Part shown: positions 52,855 through 64,000 of the stretch, piece after piece
How positions within the stretch are numbered: the stretch's first letter is position 1
How the letters are laid out: each line of letters begins with the position of its first letter
Source of the DNA: Selaginella moellendorffii
Lineage: Eukaryota > Plantae > Lycopodiophyta
Direction: 5' to 3'
NCBI RefSeq assembly: GCF_000143415.4
Contig: NW_003314295.1
Location: 372,001 to 436,000, forward strand
DNA: 64,000 bases
Made by a program: the position numbers and the translations under genes
The notes under the pieces: generated by a model
The model's database searches: none
Told to the model about the DNA's origin: nothing
The model's input: the letters and a program-made list of their open reading frames with translations, nothing else

Positions 52855-54044
52855 TCGTTGAATCATCCCCTGGAGGGATGATCGAAAACAATCTTGTATC
52901 ACAAGCTCCAACAAACGTGTGAGCAAAGCAAGCTCCTACCAAGGAGGACAAACTTTTGTTGTTTGTACTTCATATATCTGGCAATGAAGAGATCTTTCCA
53001 GTTCTATGAGCTTTAGTGGCGTTCCATCTCCAGAATATGGCTGTGAGTCCCTTCCTTTAGCTAATAAGCCCTAGCTAGAGCTACATTACGAGCGAAGGAG
53101 TTATTAGCTGCCAGGGTATGCCGTATTATTGGTGCAAAGATAATGTGTACAAGTGCTCCAGTAACATTAATACTCAATTCACAACTACACAAAAGCATTA
53201 GAATGACGTGTTTTTCCAACCAAAATTTTGTGTTTGCTGGAAATTTAAGTTGTAATTTTAACCTACTTGCTATCAACTTAAATGTTAGTAGCAAATTGGC
53301 TTTAGTTACAAATTTTAAATTGCAATGTCTGATAGCATTCATAGTTACTCAGATTTAAGTTGGAAATTATAGTTGTTCTTTACAACTAAAATAGAAATCA
53401 TAACTTTTACATATTCTTTAAAATTAGATAAGCTCATATATGTTGCTAATTAGAGTTGCAATTTACAATTTTTAACATGCAACTAAAATGTAAGTTCTTA
53501 AGGTTTGTAGTTGCAAAATTTTTAGTCACAAATTTCAATAATATTTAGTTTATGCTTTTTGTTTAGAATTTAGGAATGAAAGTTGCATGTTGGTATTTAA
53601 GATGTAGAGGAAATCAAATTTGCCTCATACAAATTATCATAGATTATATTCATCTTTATGGTAGACATCCTTCAGCACGCATGATTTCTAATAAAAGATA
53701 TTCAAGGGATTAGATTATGCAGATCTACTACTTCAGCAAAATAAAATTTTTAAAATTGGTGAAATTTTTGTTAATAGAGGTGGCAATGACAATATTAAGG
53801 ATGAGATTATTTTTCAGAATGGTTACATGGATATGAAGATAATTTATTACCTATTTATGAAGGGGCTAGTGCTTCTATTTTGTCAGCTTGTTTAAGTTAT
53901 TCCTAAAATATCAAACCAAGCAACAGATTATTTTGTAACCTAATTAATTTTTATTTATTATTTAGTATTAAATTTTTCATTATTTGGATGAAGGCTCTTC
54001 AAACAAATATTACCTACAAATATAGTTTATATATGAAGTAGTTC

Positions 54045-56141
54045 AAGTATGTATGAACCATGTAGATATGCATAAAATTTCTCGAAACCCCAAACTGCTG
54101 CTAAATAATCTTTCTCCGTCGTGGAGTAGTTCACCTTTGCTGGTTGTAATGTACAGCTTATAGATGCAATGGGATGATGTTGACCAGGCACACTCGGGCT
54201 TTCTTGCATCAACACACCTCCAAGACCAATATCATAAGCATCTACGCACAAAATAAAAGGTCAAGTGTAGTCAGGATATGCCAAAACCGGAGGAGTCATC
54301 AACAATTCTTTGAGATCCACAAACGCCCGCTCACAATCTGAAGACCAAATGAAAAATGACGTTGATGACTTCAGCAACGCTTGCAACGGTGCAATGCGAT
54401 CAGAAAGATGATTCACAAAACAATCGAAATACTGCACCTTGCCCAAGAAGCGCTGCACATCATTCACACACTTCGGAGTAGAGAACTTTAGAACAGCCAC
54501 AAGTTTGTCAGGATCAACTTGCAAACCCTCATGAGAAATACGATACCCAAGATAAATCGTGTTCTTGGACCTAAACACGCATTTCAACCGCTTCAACTTT
54601 AAACTAACATTCCGTAGTTAATCCAACACTTTACACACATCACGAATGTGCTCCTCCTACGTCCCCTCCGAGTGAATCAAGACATCATCAATGAAGTCAA
54701 CAATCACCTCTAGCATATCACAAAGAATTTCATCCATCATCCGCTGGAAAGTTGTTGAAGCATTGTTCAAAGCAAACGGCATCACTAAGAACTCATACAA
54801 ACCAAATGGTGTACGAAAACCAGTCTTAGGAATATCTTCTTCGGCCATCGGTACTTGCCAGTACCCAGAAGCAAGATCTAGCTTGGTGAGCTAACGACTT
54901 CACCCCAGACGATCCAAGAGATCAGCAGTGTGAGGAAGAGGGTACACATCTGGGATCGTCACTTCATTTCATGGACGATAGTGGATGCAGAAACGAATAC
55001 TCCCATCAGGCTTCGTCACAAGATGAGGTTCATATGCCCAAAGACTCCGCGACTTCTAAATAACACCCTTCTCCAACATCTCCTTGACGTTTACACGTCC
55101 TTGGGTGACCGACGACAAACAGGAACCTTAATTGGATGAGCATCCCCGGTTGAAATCGGATGACGTGTGGCAATCTTGGCCCCAGACGATAGGTCAAATT
55201 CAAAGAGATCAGAATACTCCTTCATAAGTCAGTCAACCACTGCAACACAAAGACTGTCGGAGGGATTGAAAAAGGGAAGAGTAGAACAAGATAAAAACAT
55301 AGGAGAAAAGAATGGAGGAATAAAAGTAATGAAAGCAAAAGTATAAGTAAAGGGACAAAAAGGTACAGAAGTGAGAGGAATGGATAAAACATAAAGAAGT
55401 ATGAGATAAGGGGGAGAAGCCTCAAAGTCAGACTTGGCATGATTGCATTGCAACCAATCTATACCAAGAATGAGGTCAAAAACTTGACTTGGCACCACTC
55501 GTAATGACTACAACTCAAGCTCGAGACACACACAACCAGGTTTGCCTCATCCCATGCACATGCATGTGTATGGCCGTTGCCATAAAGAATGAAAACTAGT
55601 TTCGCTGCACGACGCAAGTGTAGACGGCAACGTGTGGTAACAGGTCGAGCAATAGAAGATAAACTCGAACCTATATCAACTAATACGGAGAGAATAATAG
55701 AAGACCTCTTGTTATAAAAACAAGTTTGGAAAGTAAACACTGGATGAACTGGTGCCGAGCAAACCCCTTAATGATACTCCCGAAAGAAAGATGAAGGGGT
55801 CATTAACTTATTCGCGCAAAGTCCCTCAATTACTCACGCGACTCCTTATTTCCCGAATGCATCTCAGTGTTCAAACCTTCAACTGCAGCAGCACTAACAG
55901 GATGTTGCTGACGCCAAGGTCTCCACCTAGGAAATGGAGGTCGCCAATCCAGAAAATGCTGACAGCGCTAATAAGTATGACCAACTTCATCACACACCTA
56001 GTAGTGAATATCACGGCCATGACCACGTCCTCGCCCTTGTCCTTAGACTCGAGCAATAACAGCATCAACCTCCATTAAAACAGGACCATCATCCATAGGA
56101 AGGGGAGTTGAAGGACGGGTAGCGAGAAGTGGAAGAGGTGA
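54045..56141 (-). mobile_element. Ty3/gypsy copy 5, internal fragment (gag end, protease, RT, RNase H)
   Basis: Decayed homolog of 1-1345 and 11400-12215; no LTRs. Confidence 0.9.
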
Positions 56142-56426
56142 CATGGCAGAAAGAAAAGGAGCTTAAGTTCCTTTGGTTGGAGCTGGATAGCTTTGGGAAG
56201 GAAGATTTACTTCCTCTTCTAGAAGGGAACAAGCACACAGTCATGCACGACGAAGTTTTCAAAATGAGGCATGCACGAAACTTCACCTGGAACATTACAC
56301 TACTGCAAATCCCCTCTCGAACTTGTTTTCCTGGTGCCACTTAAGGAGCTCTTGGAACAAATCCGAGAATGGCCCCATTGCGTTCCTATCTCCGGAATAT
56401 CCTCCTTCAGGCATATGCCCAGAGGG

Positions 56427-57620
56427 GGTCTTCGACAGGATGCCGTCCAAGGACGTGGTCGCGTGGACGGCTATGGTGAATGCCTATGCCGAGAACGGCG
56501 TTGTGGACCTCGTGCAATGTATGTTCGAGAATAGGCCCGTGAGGAACGTGGTGTCGTGGAACTCCATGCGTTTTGCATATGCCCAAAGCGGGTATTGCAG
56601 TCAAGACATGGAGCTCCTTCATATCATGCCTGCTCACAACGAGTACACGTGGAATGTTATGATTCCTTGCTACGCTCTTAGTGGAAAAACGGGCAAGGCT
56701 ATGGTTGTGTTCCCGTCGGCGCAAGAATGCTATGGTGAAAGATCCCTTTGACGCAATGCCTGCTCGCAATATTGTGTCGTGGAAGAAGCTCGATTTAAGC
56801 TCAATCACCTGGAGCGTGATGCTTCAAGCATTTGCAGGGTTTGGGCATGTACAAGATGGCGAGAGTTTGTTTCAGATCATGCGAGAAACCTCACTCGGCG
56901 ATCCCAGTTGCTTGTCAGCGTGGACCAACATGATTGTTTTATAAGATTGACAAAGCTCGAGCAGTGTTTGATGCTTTGGCGTGCCTGGACAAGGTCTCCT
57001 GGAACACCATGCTCGCTCACCTGACGTCCACCACTGCAAATATTTCTTTGAGCAAATGCCCGGCCACAACCTGGTGTCTTACAACACTGTCTTGTCCTCG
57101 GTGGTCAGCTGCAGATTATCCGAGAAAGCAGTGAAAATCTTCGTCGAAATGCTAGAGATAACATACAGTGTGATGATGCAAGCTTATGCACAGGAAGGCC
57201 AGCTTGCGAGTGCCAGGGACATCTAGGAGACAATGCCGGATCGCAACTCAGTGGCTCTCATCACCGTGATCTTGGCACTCGCACAGCCCAATCCCCAAGA
57301 ACAGCCTGGAGCTCGATCATCCCGGCCTATGTGCAGAACGGACGCGTGACTGGATCGCTTTCGAGAGATGATCTTGCTGTCTTTCAAGCCAGACGAGACC
57401 ATCTTCACGAGAAATCTAGCAGCGGCAGCGAGCCAGCTCGAGCAGTGTTGCCGAGATTTTTTGTCCATGATCGCAAACTTTGGGATCTCTCCCAGGATCG
57501 AGCATTATGATTGACACAATAGGGCAACCTGGTCAGCTGGAGCAATCCATGCCATTTGTTCCACAGCCGGGCTTGTGGATGATTCTTCTGGGCTCGAAAT
57601 GCAAAGGTTGTGGAAATGTC
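56427..57620 (+). pseudogene. PLS-class PPR pseudogene, duplicate of 4620-5870
   Basis: Block 56141-58213 duplicates 4313-6462. Confidence 0.9.
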
Positions 57621-58849
57621 GGCTGGAAAATCGGGATAATGCCAGGTTGACAACCAACAATCCTAGTCATCCCGGAGATGCGGGTGTTGTGCCATGTAAG
57701 CTGAAAACCTATCCCACCAGCCAAGGCGCAATAGAGGAACACTGGTATAAAAGAAATGGAGTGGGAGGTATGGTTAATCCGGGAGAGCCTGAAAGGGCGC
57801 TTGCATCCCTCGGGTTGCTTAGTAAATGGGGTCGCTGACCCTTGACCACTTGGCCCCCCTCGTCGGTGACCCAGTAGTGCTAAGTCGGTATGGTCAACTC
57901 CACCGTGACCTACCGGATAGCGCTTGGTACCCAGGGCGCCCAAGGAGGCCCGATATCTTTTGCAAACATTTCTTTGATCTTCCTTTGTGGAATTTCTTGG
58001 TGCGCCAGGCCTTGAAGTAAATTTTTTCACTCATTTGAGAGAAACGAATGTTTGCGGCATCAGGCGGTTCTCAATTTCGCAAGACCATCAAAGCTCAACC
58101 TAATGCGTTATGTAGATGATGCTTCTCTCTCTTTCTTTTTCCCGAACAAGCAAGGATGGCACTTTCAAGTGCCTGAGAAAGGATAGAGAATTGTGCTCCA
58201 AACACGTTACACTTGTTCTAACAAACTTGTGAACAAAGCAAGCTCCTGCGAAGGATCAAAAACTTTTGTTGTTTGTACTTCATATACCTGGCAATGAAGA
58301 GATCTTTCCAGTTCTATGAGCTTTAGTGGCGTTCCATCTCGCGGAATATGGTCGTGAGTCATTTGGGTCTTCCTTTAGCTAATAAGCCCTAGCTAGAGCT
58401 ACATTACGAGTGAAGGAAACGTATTGGTGCAAAGAAAATGTGTACAAGTGCTCCAGTGGTGCCTGATCAAGAACATCAATACTCAAAGTCTATATTGATC
58501 AATTCAACCTCTAAGGAAAAAACGTTTGTTTTGTTTTTTGGAAAAAAACAATGCGCCTACTCCCTCTTCTCAACTTTGTGATTGAGGACAATGGCTTTTC
58601 AATGGTTCTTCTTTTCTCCTTTTCCTTGTTTCTCATCGAATGCTTGTGTTCTTGCTCCCGCTTCACCACTGCCCTTGCAAGTGAAAAACAACCAAACTAC
58701 TGAAGTAACTGCTCTGTGCATCATGTTTTCTTCGAATCTAAGTACTATTCTTACGGTCTCTCTGGTTCCACTTCCGAGAACAAACATGAATTTAGAGACG
58801 AGTCATTTAAAATGAGATGGAAGTACTTTTAATAACAGATTAAGGAAAT

Positions 58850-59095
58850 GGAGACTTTTGAGCAACAGGATTTTACCATGTGATTCAGCTGCAGGGTTTG
58901 CTCGAGGTGATGGCAAACTCCAGTGTTGCAAATCTCACACTTGCTGCCTTTGGCACTTGTGGCAGTAGTCCTGGCACACCTGGTCGCTTGGAGGTGCACA
59001 GGAAGTGCCCCTCCACACATATCCCCGCCATAGCCAGGCTCTCCTTGTTGACCACTCCAGGGTGACGACCAAGTCCATGAGGTGAGTTTGGCCAT
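58850..59095 (-). pseudogene. defensin-like pseudogene, family 2
   Basis: Same Cys pattern. Confidence 0.5.
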
Positions 59096-59282
59096 TTTGG
59101 AGAGTATATATTCCATTTCCCACTAAGGCTGTGGGTGGTAATGTTTTTCACAGGGTTAGTAGCCTCACAAACTGTCGTTGATTTCTTCGAACATGGCATG
59201 GTTTAGACGAAATGGAGACATCGCTTTTTTTCGTCCAAGAGGAGAAACGAAGAACAAACAACATGGTACGTACCTGAGGAAA

Positions 59283-59476
59283 ATGTCTGAGAAGACGAGG
59301 TCGGCAGCCGAGTCCGAGGAGCTCACGGGAGCAAGCTCGAGCGCATGACTAGGAGCCTGCTGGGCTCGCCCGGAGCGATCGTGCAGGGCAGCTTCGATGG
59401 ATCGCTCAAGGCTAAAGCATCTGAAGAAGAGCTGAAGAAGATCCTCCGCCTGGCATTTCACTATGATGCCTTCTAG
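59283..59476 (+). pseudogene. diverged paralog of B3 C-terminal tail, internally deleted
   Basis: Homolog of 25569-25802. Confidence 0.65.
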
Positions 59477-60432
59477 TGGAAAACTGATAAGAACTGATGT
59501 CTTGAGATGTATTTTAACTTAGAAATGTATTTTCCTTTTACACAACAACTATTGGAGCAATCAATTTCACTGAACGAAGAAATCTTGGTTTTGGTGGTGG
59601 CAACTGTGATGGCGAGTCCTTGTCCTCGCTAGATTTTCTTTTTGACTCTTTGGGACAACTTTTGGACGTGCTAGCCTCCACTGGATTGATCACAAACAAG
59701 CTCCCCATTGCACTACTTGTCGATGGTATACAAACTGAAAAGGGTTGAGACAAAAGGGAGGCATATATAGCTTTTAGTACGAATATTCTTTATTTTATTC
59801 TGGTCTAAGCTGTTTTGCGTTACTTATAATTTACGGTCATACCTTGTATGTCTTAAGAAAAAAATTTATAATAATAAAAAAATAAAGAGAAATGAAAAAT
59901 ATATTATGATTTAATATTTGAGCTTTTATCCTCATTGAAATGCCACATCCACTTGCATGGTTTCCTAGCTTTTTATAATGCCTAGAACCTTTGGAGTGAT
60001 ATAGCAAGCTAAAGTAAAGATAAATCTTTTGATTAGGAATATCTTGAATTGTTTGGCCATGAGGTATAAAATCCTAACTTCCCTTCTAACATTATAGGTA
60101 TTAATATAAACTTACTTCAAGGATTATTAGTATTAAAAATATTAGTTAGGATTTTAATAATTGACAGAAAAAACAAATATAAGTTTAAACAAGAAAAATA
60201 TAAGAGAAATGTTACTTACAATGCTTACAGAAATATGGCAATGAATATGTGATTTCACATGGGAGCATTATATATTTACACATGTGCAAATTTATTTTTT
60301 TGTTTTGAGTTGCATGCAAAAATATTATGCATTCAATCACTTTTCAATTGCTATATAACCAATTAAAATGCCATTGTGTTGTCATGAGATATGTTATATA
60401 TGCATGGGGCATAACAACTCATATTACCATAT

Positions 60433-61542
60433 TGTTGCGAATTTGATTTTGAGTATCGAAAGATATTTGTCGACCAGTCCTTACGGGCACTTTTTCCTTA
60501 CTGCCCGACAGTGGTATTGATGATCCCTTTTATAGTTTCCACTCAAGCTAATTGAGAAACTGGTCATCGTGTGTGCACTTGATTAGATAAGCATAAGGAC
60601 AGAATTCCTACATACTATTTGTCAAGCATATTTAATCTGGTTAGAGAAACTCATTCGTTGATTTGCACTTGCTAGTGTTGGGAACCCCCATGATATTGAG
60701 ACTAGTCCCTCAATATCACTAGATGATAGCTTACTGTGTTTGCCAAACACCCTCGCTATCATGCCCTTTGTGTTAGTCTCATTTCGGTCCCAAATGCTAA
60801 TTATGAAAAATATCTAGATTTGCTCATTTGGCATATTTACGGAATGTAAAGATTGGTCTGAACACAATGGTGTTTGTCCCGTGTCCAAATTCACAATTTA
60901 ACGCCATTCCATATTTAGTAAGTTTCAAACTTGTCCCAAAGACTAATTCTTGGTACTAAGGGAGGCTTGGGGTGAAAGCCCAAAGCGTGTGTCCTTCAAG
61001 GGGGGGGGGGGGTTCCAAATGTATAGTAGGGATAATGGGTAGGTCAGACATGCCTGACTAACCTAAGGCATAATTTAGCTCCTGCATGCATGTCTGTCTT
61101 TGTTCTGCGTCTGGCTTGGGTCTAAGCTCAAGTTTCATTCTATGCTAGCTGATGGAGTACCCATGTCCTCACGTTAGACCACCGGTATGCCAAAATAGCA
61201 CCAAACTCCGTTTAACTATGTTTTGCATGCTGGTTTTGGCATTGGGATGCTGGTTGCTCTAGGACTATACCAAGTCGCTCCGGGCTCCTGTCCCTTTGCT
61301 TCTTGGGCTATATGTTCGGGAATTGCTCTGTGGTTCGGTTCCATTGCTCCTAGGCTCCATGCTTGGGAGTTTGGCACCGTTCCTTCGTTCAGTGGCCCAC
61401 CATTGAACCTCGGGTTCCGCACCACTGTCCTTTGGACACGTGGCATGTGTCACATGGTATAAAGAGGGTTTAAGTTCCATTTCGTGGTGTTATCCTATGG
61501 TAAATCACTATAGGATAAAGGGTCAAAACCACGTGCGCTACA
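60433..61542. mobile_element. solo-LTR-like insertion (1110 bp), unrelated to the short-LTR family
   Basis: Ends TGTTGCG...CGCTACA, flanked by CCATAT twice; absent from paralogous spacers (ATTACCATATACAC). Confidence 0.8.
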
Positions 61543-62538
61543 CCATATACACATCATGCCATGTCATTTTAGACTATGATATCACTGTAATTTAGCAAAG
61601 GTTTTTTTTCTCATTCTTGTGAGTGCAAATTTAGGATGAGTTAATTGTGATCATTTCTCTCTTCTCATTTTTCTTAGTTATAATTCATTTTTCATGGTTA
61701 TGGCTTATTTCTCACAACTATAACTTATTTCTTGTAGTTGTGGCTTATTTCTTAGAATTTAGAGGTGTTATGCACCTTAATCTATTTATTGCACCTATTT
61801 ATTGGTGTAGTGGCAAGTTTGATCAATTGAAGTGTGGTGGTAACTGTAATTAATTGAAGCACAATGATGAGCTCAATTAATTGGAATATCGAGGCAAAAC
61901 AATTCTTTAGTTTTTTTTCTCAATTTGTAGTTTTATTTAGCATTCACTCACGTAAAAATTTCTTCATTTCTTCATTTGTTACAAAACCATTAACTTACAA
62001 AGTATTTTTTATTACCTTTATTAAAAAGAGTGCTTAAAGAGCCTATAATATTTTAAAATTTGGCTTGCACATTTGAAAAACATCACCTAAAAACCTAACC
62101 CTGTTGACATGTAAAAACAAAATCTAATGTGGGATGCAAAAAATTATATATATGGCATTATTTTATGAGTCACACATATGTGTTACAATAATTTAAACAC
62201 ACATGTGTTTTATTTTCATATATTGCAAATGTGAAAGATTTTTTACCAGGTTATCTACCCTAGGTACATCAGAATTTAATAGCGTAAATACATTAAATGA
62301 AAATATATTAAAACTTAAACATGATAATTTAAAAACAATTAACTAAAACTTTAGAAATAATATAGTAAATTGTTATTAAATCATTCATTTCATCTTCTCT
62401 TCTAATAAAAAAGTATGCTTTAAATTTTTATAAAACATTCTTTAACATGCTCAGATAATAATAATTATTTAACTTTTATTCAAATTCTTGAAGCGGCAAA
62501 TAGATCATTTTCAAGTTTTGGATCAAATTTCATCCACT

Positions 62539-63746
62539 CTAGAAGGGAGTGGCATCGTAGAGAGGAAATGCCAGGTTGAGGATCTTCCTCAGCTCCTCCT
62601 TGGACACTTTAGCCTTGAGCGATCCAGTGGAGCTCCCCTCCACGATTGATCCAGGTGAGCCCAGCACACTCCTACACATGCGCTGGAGCTTGCTCCCCTG
62701 CATCTTGAAGCTCATCCCAAGCTCCTCGGACTCGGTTGCCGACCTCGTCTTTTTGAGCACCAGCGCCACCACTGGCTCGTGGCGCTGCTGCTGCCGCTCC
62801 TCCGCCGCCTCTTCTCCGCCTCCCATCCCTTCTGCCACTCCCTCCTCCTCCTCGCCCGCCACCTCCTGGTTGCACGACTGTGAGTTCTCCACCCATTCTC
62901 TCCTCAGGAGCCCCCTCGTCCTCTTGGGATTGCGCTCGAAGACGTCGTAGTCGTGGACGTCTCCTCCGGTGGCTACTCCGCCGAGTTCTTCGATCTCGAT
63001 CTCCAGCTCGTCTGGTTCTTTCTTTGGCGGGAGCAACACTATGTTGGCGGCGTTGGCGCGATCACTGGATTTGACCAGCTTGCGGCGCTTGAATATCTCG
63101 ACGCGGAACGTGATCATCTCGGAGGAGGAGTTCTCCTTTTGGAAGACGAGGACGTCTCCCTTGACGAGTTCGTGATGGACGCAGAAGGCTTTCCACCCGG
63201 CACCAATCACTGGCTGCATCGTCCAGTTCCATCTCATCCTCCATTGGTGACCACTCCGGTCGCGGACGATCACCTCGGCTCTCCCGTGCGGCATCATCTT
63301 CTTGCAGTAGTTCGAAGGAAGAGTCTGCAGAAAAAAAATAAAGAAGAAAAGAAAAACGATTAGCAAGTTCTTTGTGAAGATATCGAAGGGAAAAAAGACA
63401 AGGATAGCGAAACATAAACCTCGAGCTTGTTCTTCGCTTACCATAACGTATGTGCCGCTCACACAGCACTGGTTCAAGACTTTAATGGTGCTGCGACTCT
63501 TCTTTGCAAGATGTTGCTGGTACTCCTGCGCGGCTTGGAGCGCTTCGTGCGAACCTGGCAGCTCCTCGCGATTCCGCCGCTGCCGCTGCTGATTGGAGGG
63601 GATGTAACTCGACAGAGGACTGTCTTCCTCGTAAGAACCTGCGAAGATACGCTCGAACAAATATAAGAAACGAAGTGATGAGAGAAAAAAAAGCGAGAAG
63701 GAAAGCTCTGACCAGATGGATAAGCTTCGCCGCCGCTCGACTCCAT
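62539..63746 (-). CDS. B3-domain (REM-like) transcription factor, 3 exons (63746-63713, 63638-63442, 63324-62539), 338 aa, apparently intact
   Basis: GT-AG introns of 74 and 117 nt give MESSGGEAYPSGSYEEDSPLSS...STIKVLNQCCVSGTYVMTLPSNYCKKMMP...GWKAFCVHHELVKGDVLVF...FRVEIFK. Confidence 0.88.
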
Positions 63747-64000
63747 AGCTGGGCTCTCGCTCTTCTTCTTGCTTGCTGAAGGAAAAACCTCGCTGAGAGA
63801 GCGTCCGGTCTACTAGTACGTCCCAATGATGAATGATCCTGAGCCGTCGGATTGGCTCCATCCGGCGGCCAGCATTCACGTACGAGGAAAGAAAATGCTC
63901 GTATCTTTCTAGTAGCCGTCGCTTTCCATTTCGTGATCTTTGCTCCATTCTAGAGGCAACCTTGGAGACTTGCTTGGATGGCTTTGCACATGGAAATATA

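Noticed and set aside
62539-63948. 469-aa single-exon ORF for the B3 gene
   Set aside because: Reads through two pyrimidine-rich GT-AG introns; the paralog has a 1-nt difference in intron 1 that breaks this frame; spliced model from ATG 63746 fits better

Overview
Eukaryotic (plant) genomic DNA, most likely a lycophyte such as Selaginella (inferred from S-motif-rich PLS PPR remnants, very short introns and the effector families present). It is a pseudogene-rich mosaic of 8-9 kb segmental duplications and inversions built from a small set of modules: (i) a Crinkler/RHS-like (CR) P-loop NTPase gene (3 long copies, 6 inverted 3'-end copies), (ii) a CR-type nuclease-like+kinase pseudogene, (iii) two families of defensin-like cysteine-rich peptide pseudogenes, (iv) a B3 (REM-like) transcription factor (one apparently intact 3-exon copy, one frameshifted copy, many tail fragments), (v) a PLS-E PPR pseudogene, and (vi) an AT-rich spacer with 27-bp repeats and a candidate Helitron 3' end. 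Inserted into this are five decayed copies of one short-LTR non-chromovirus Ty3/gypsy family (4-bp TSD, tRNA-Ala-like PBS, -1 frameshift signal with pseudoknot), a PIF/Harbinger-type MITE, an unclassified MITE and a solo-LTR-like insertion with a 6-bp TSD. All family assignments come from motif reading by eye, without database searches; coordinates of pseudogene ends are approximate.
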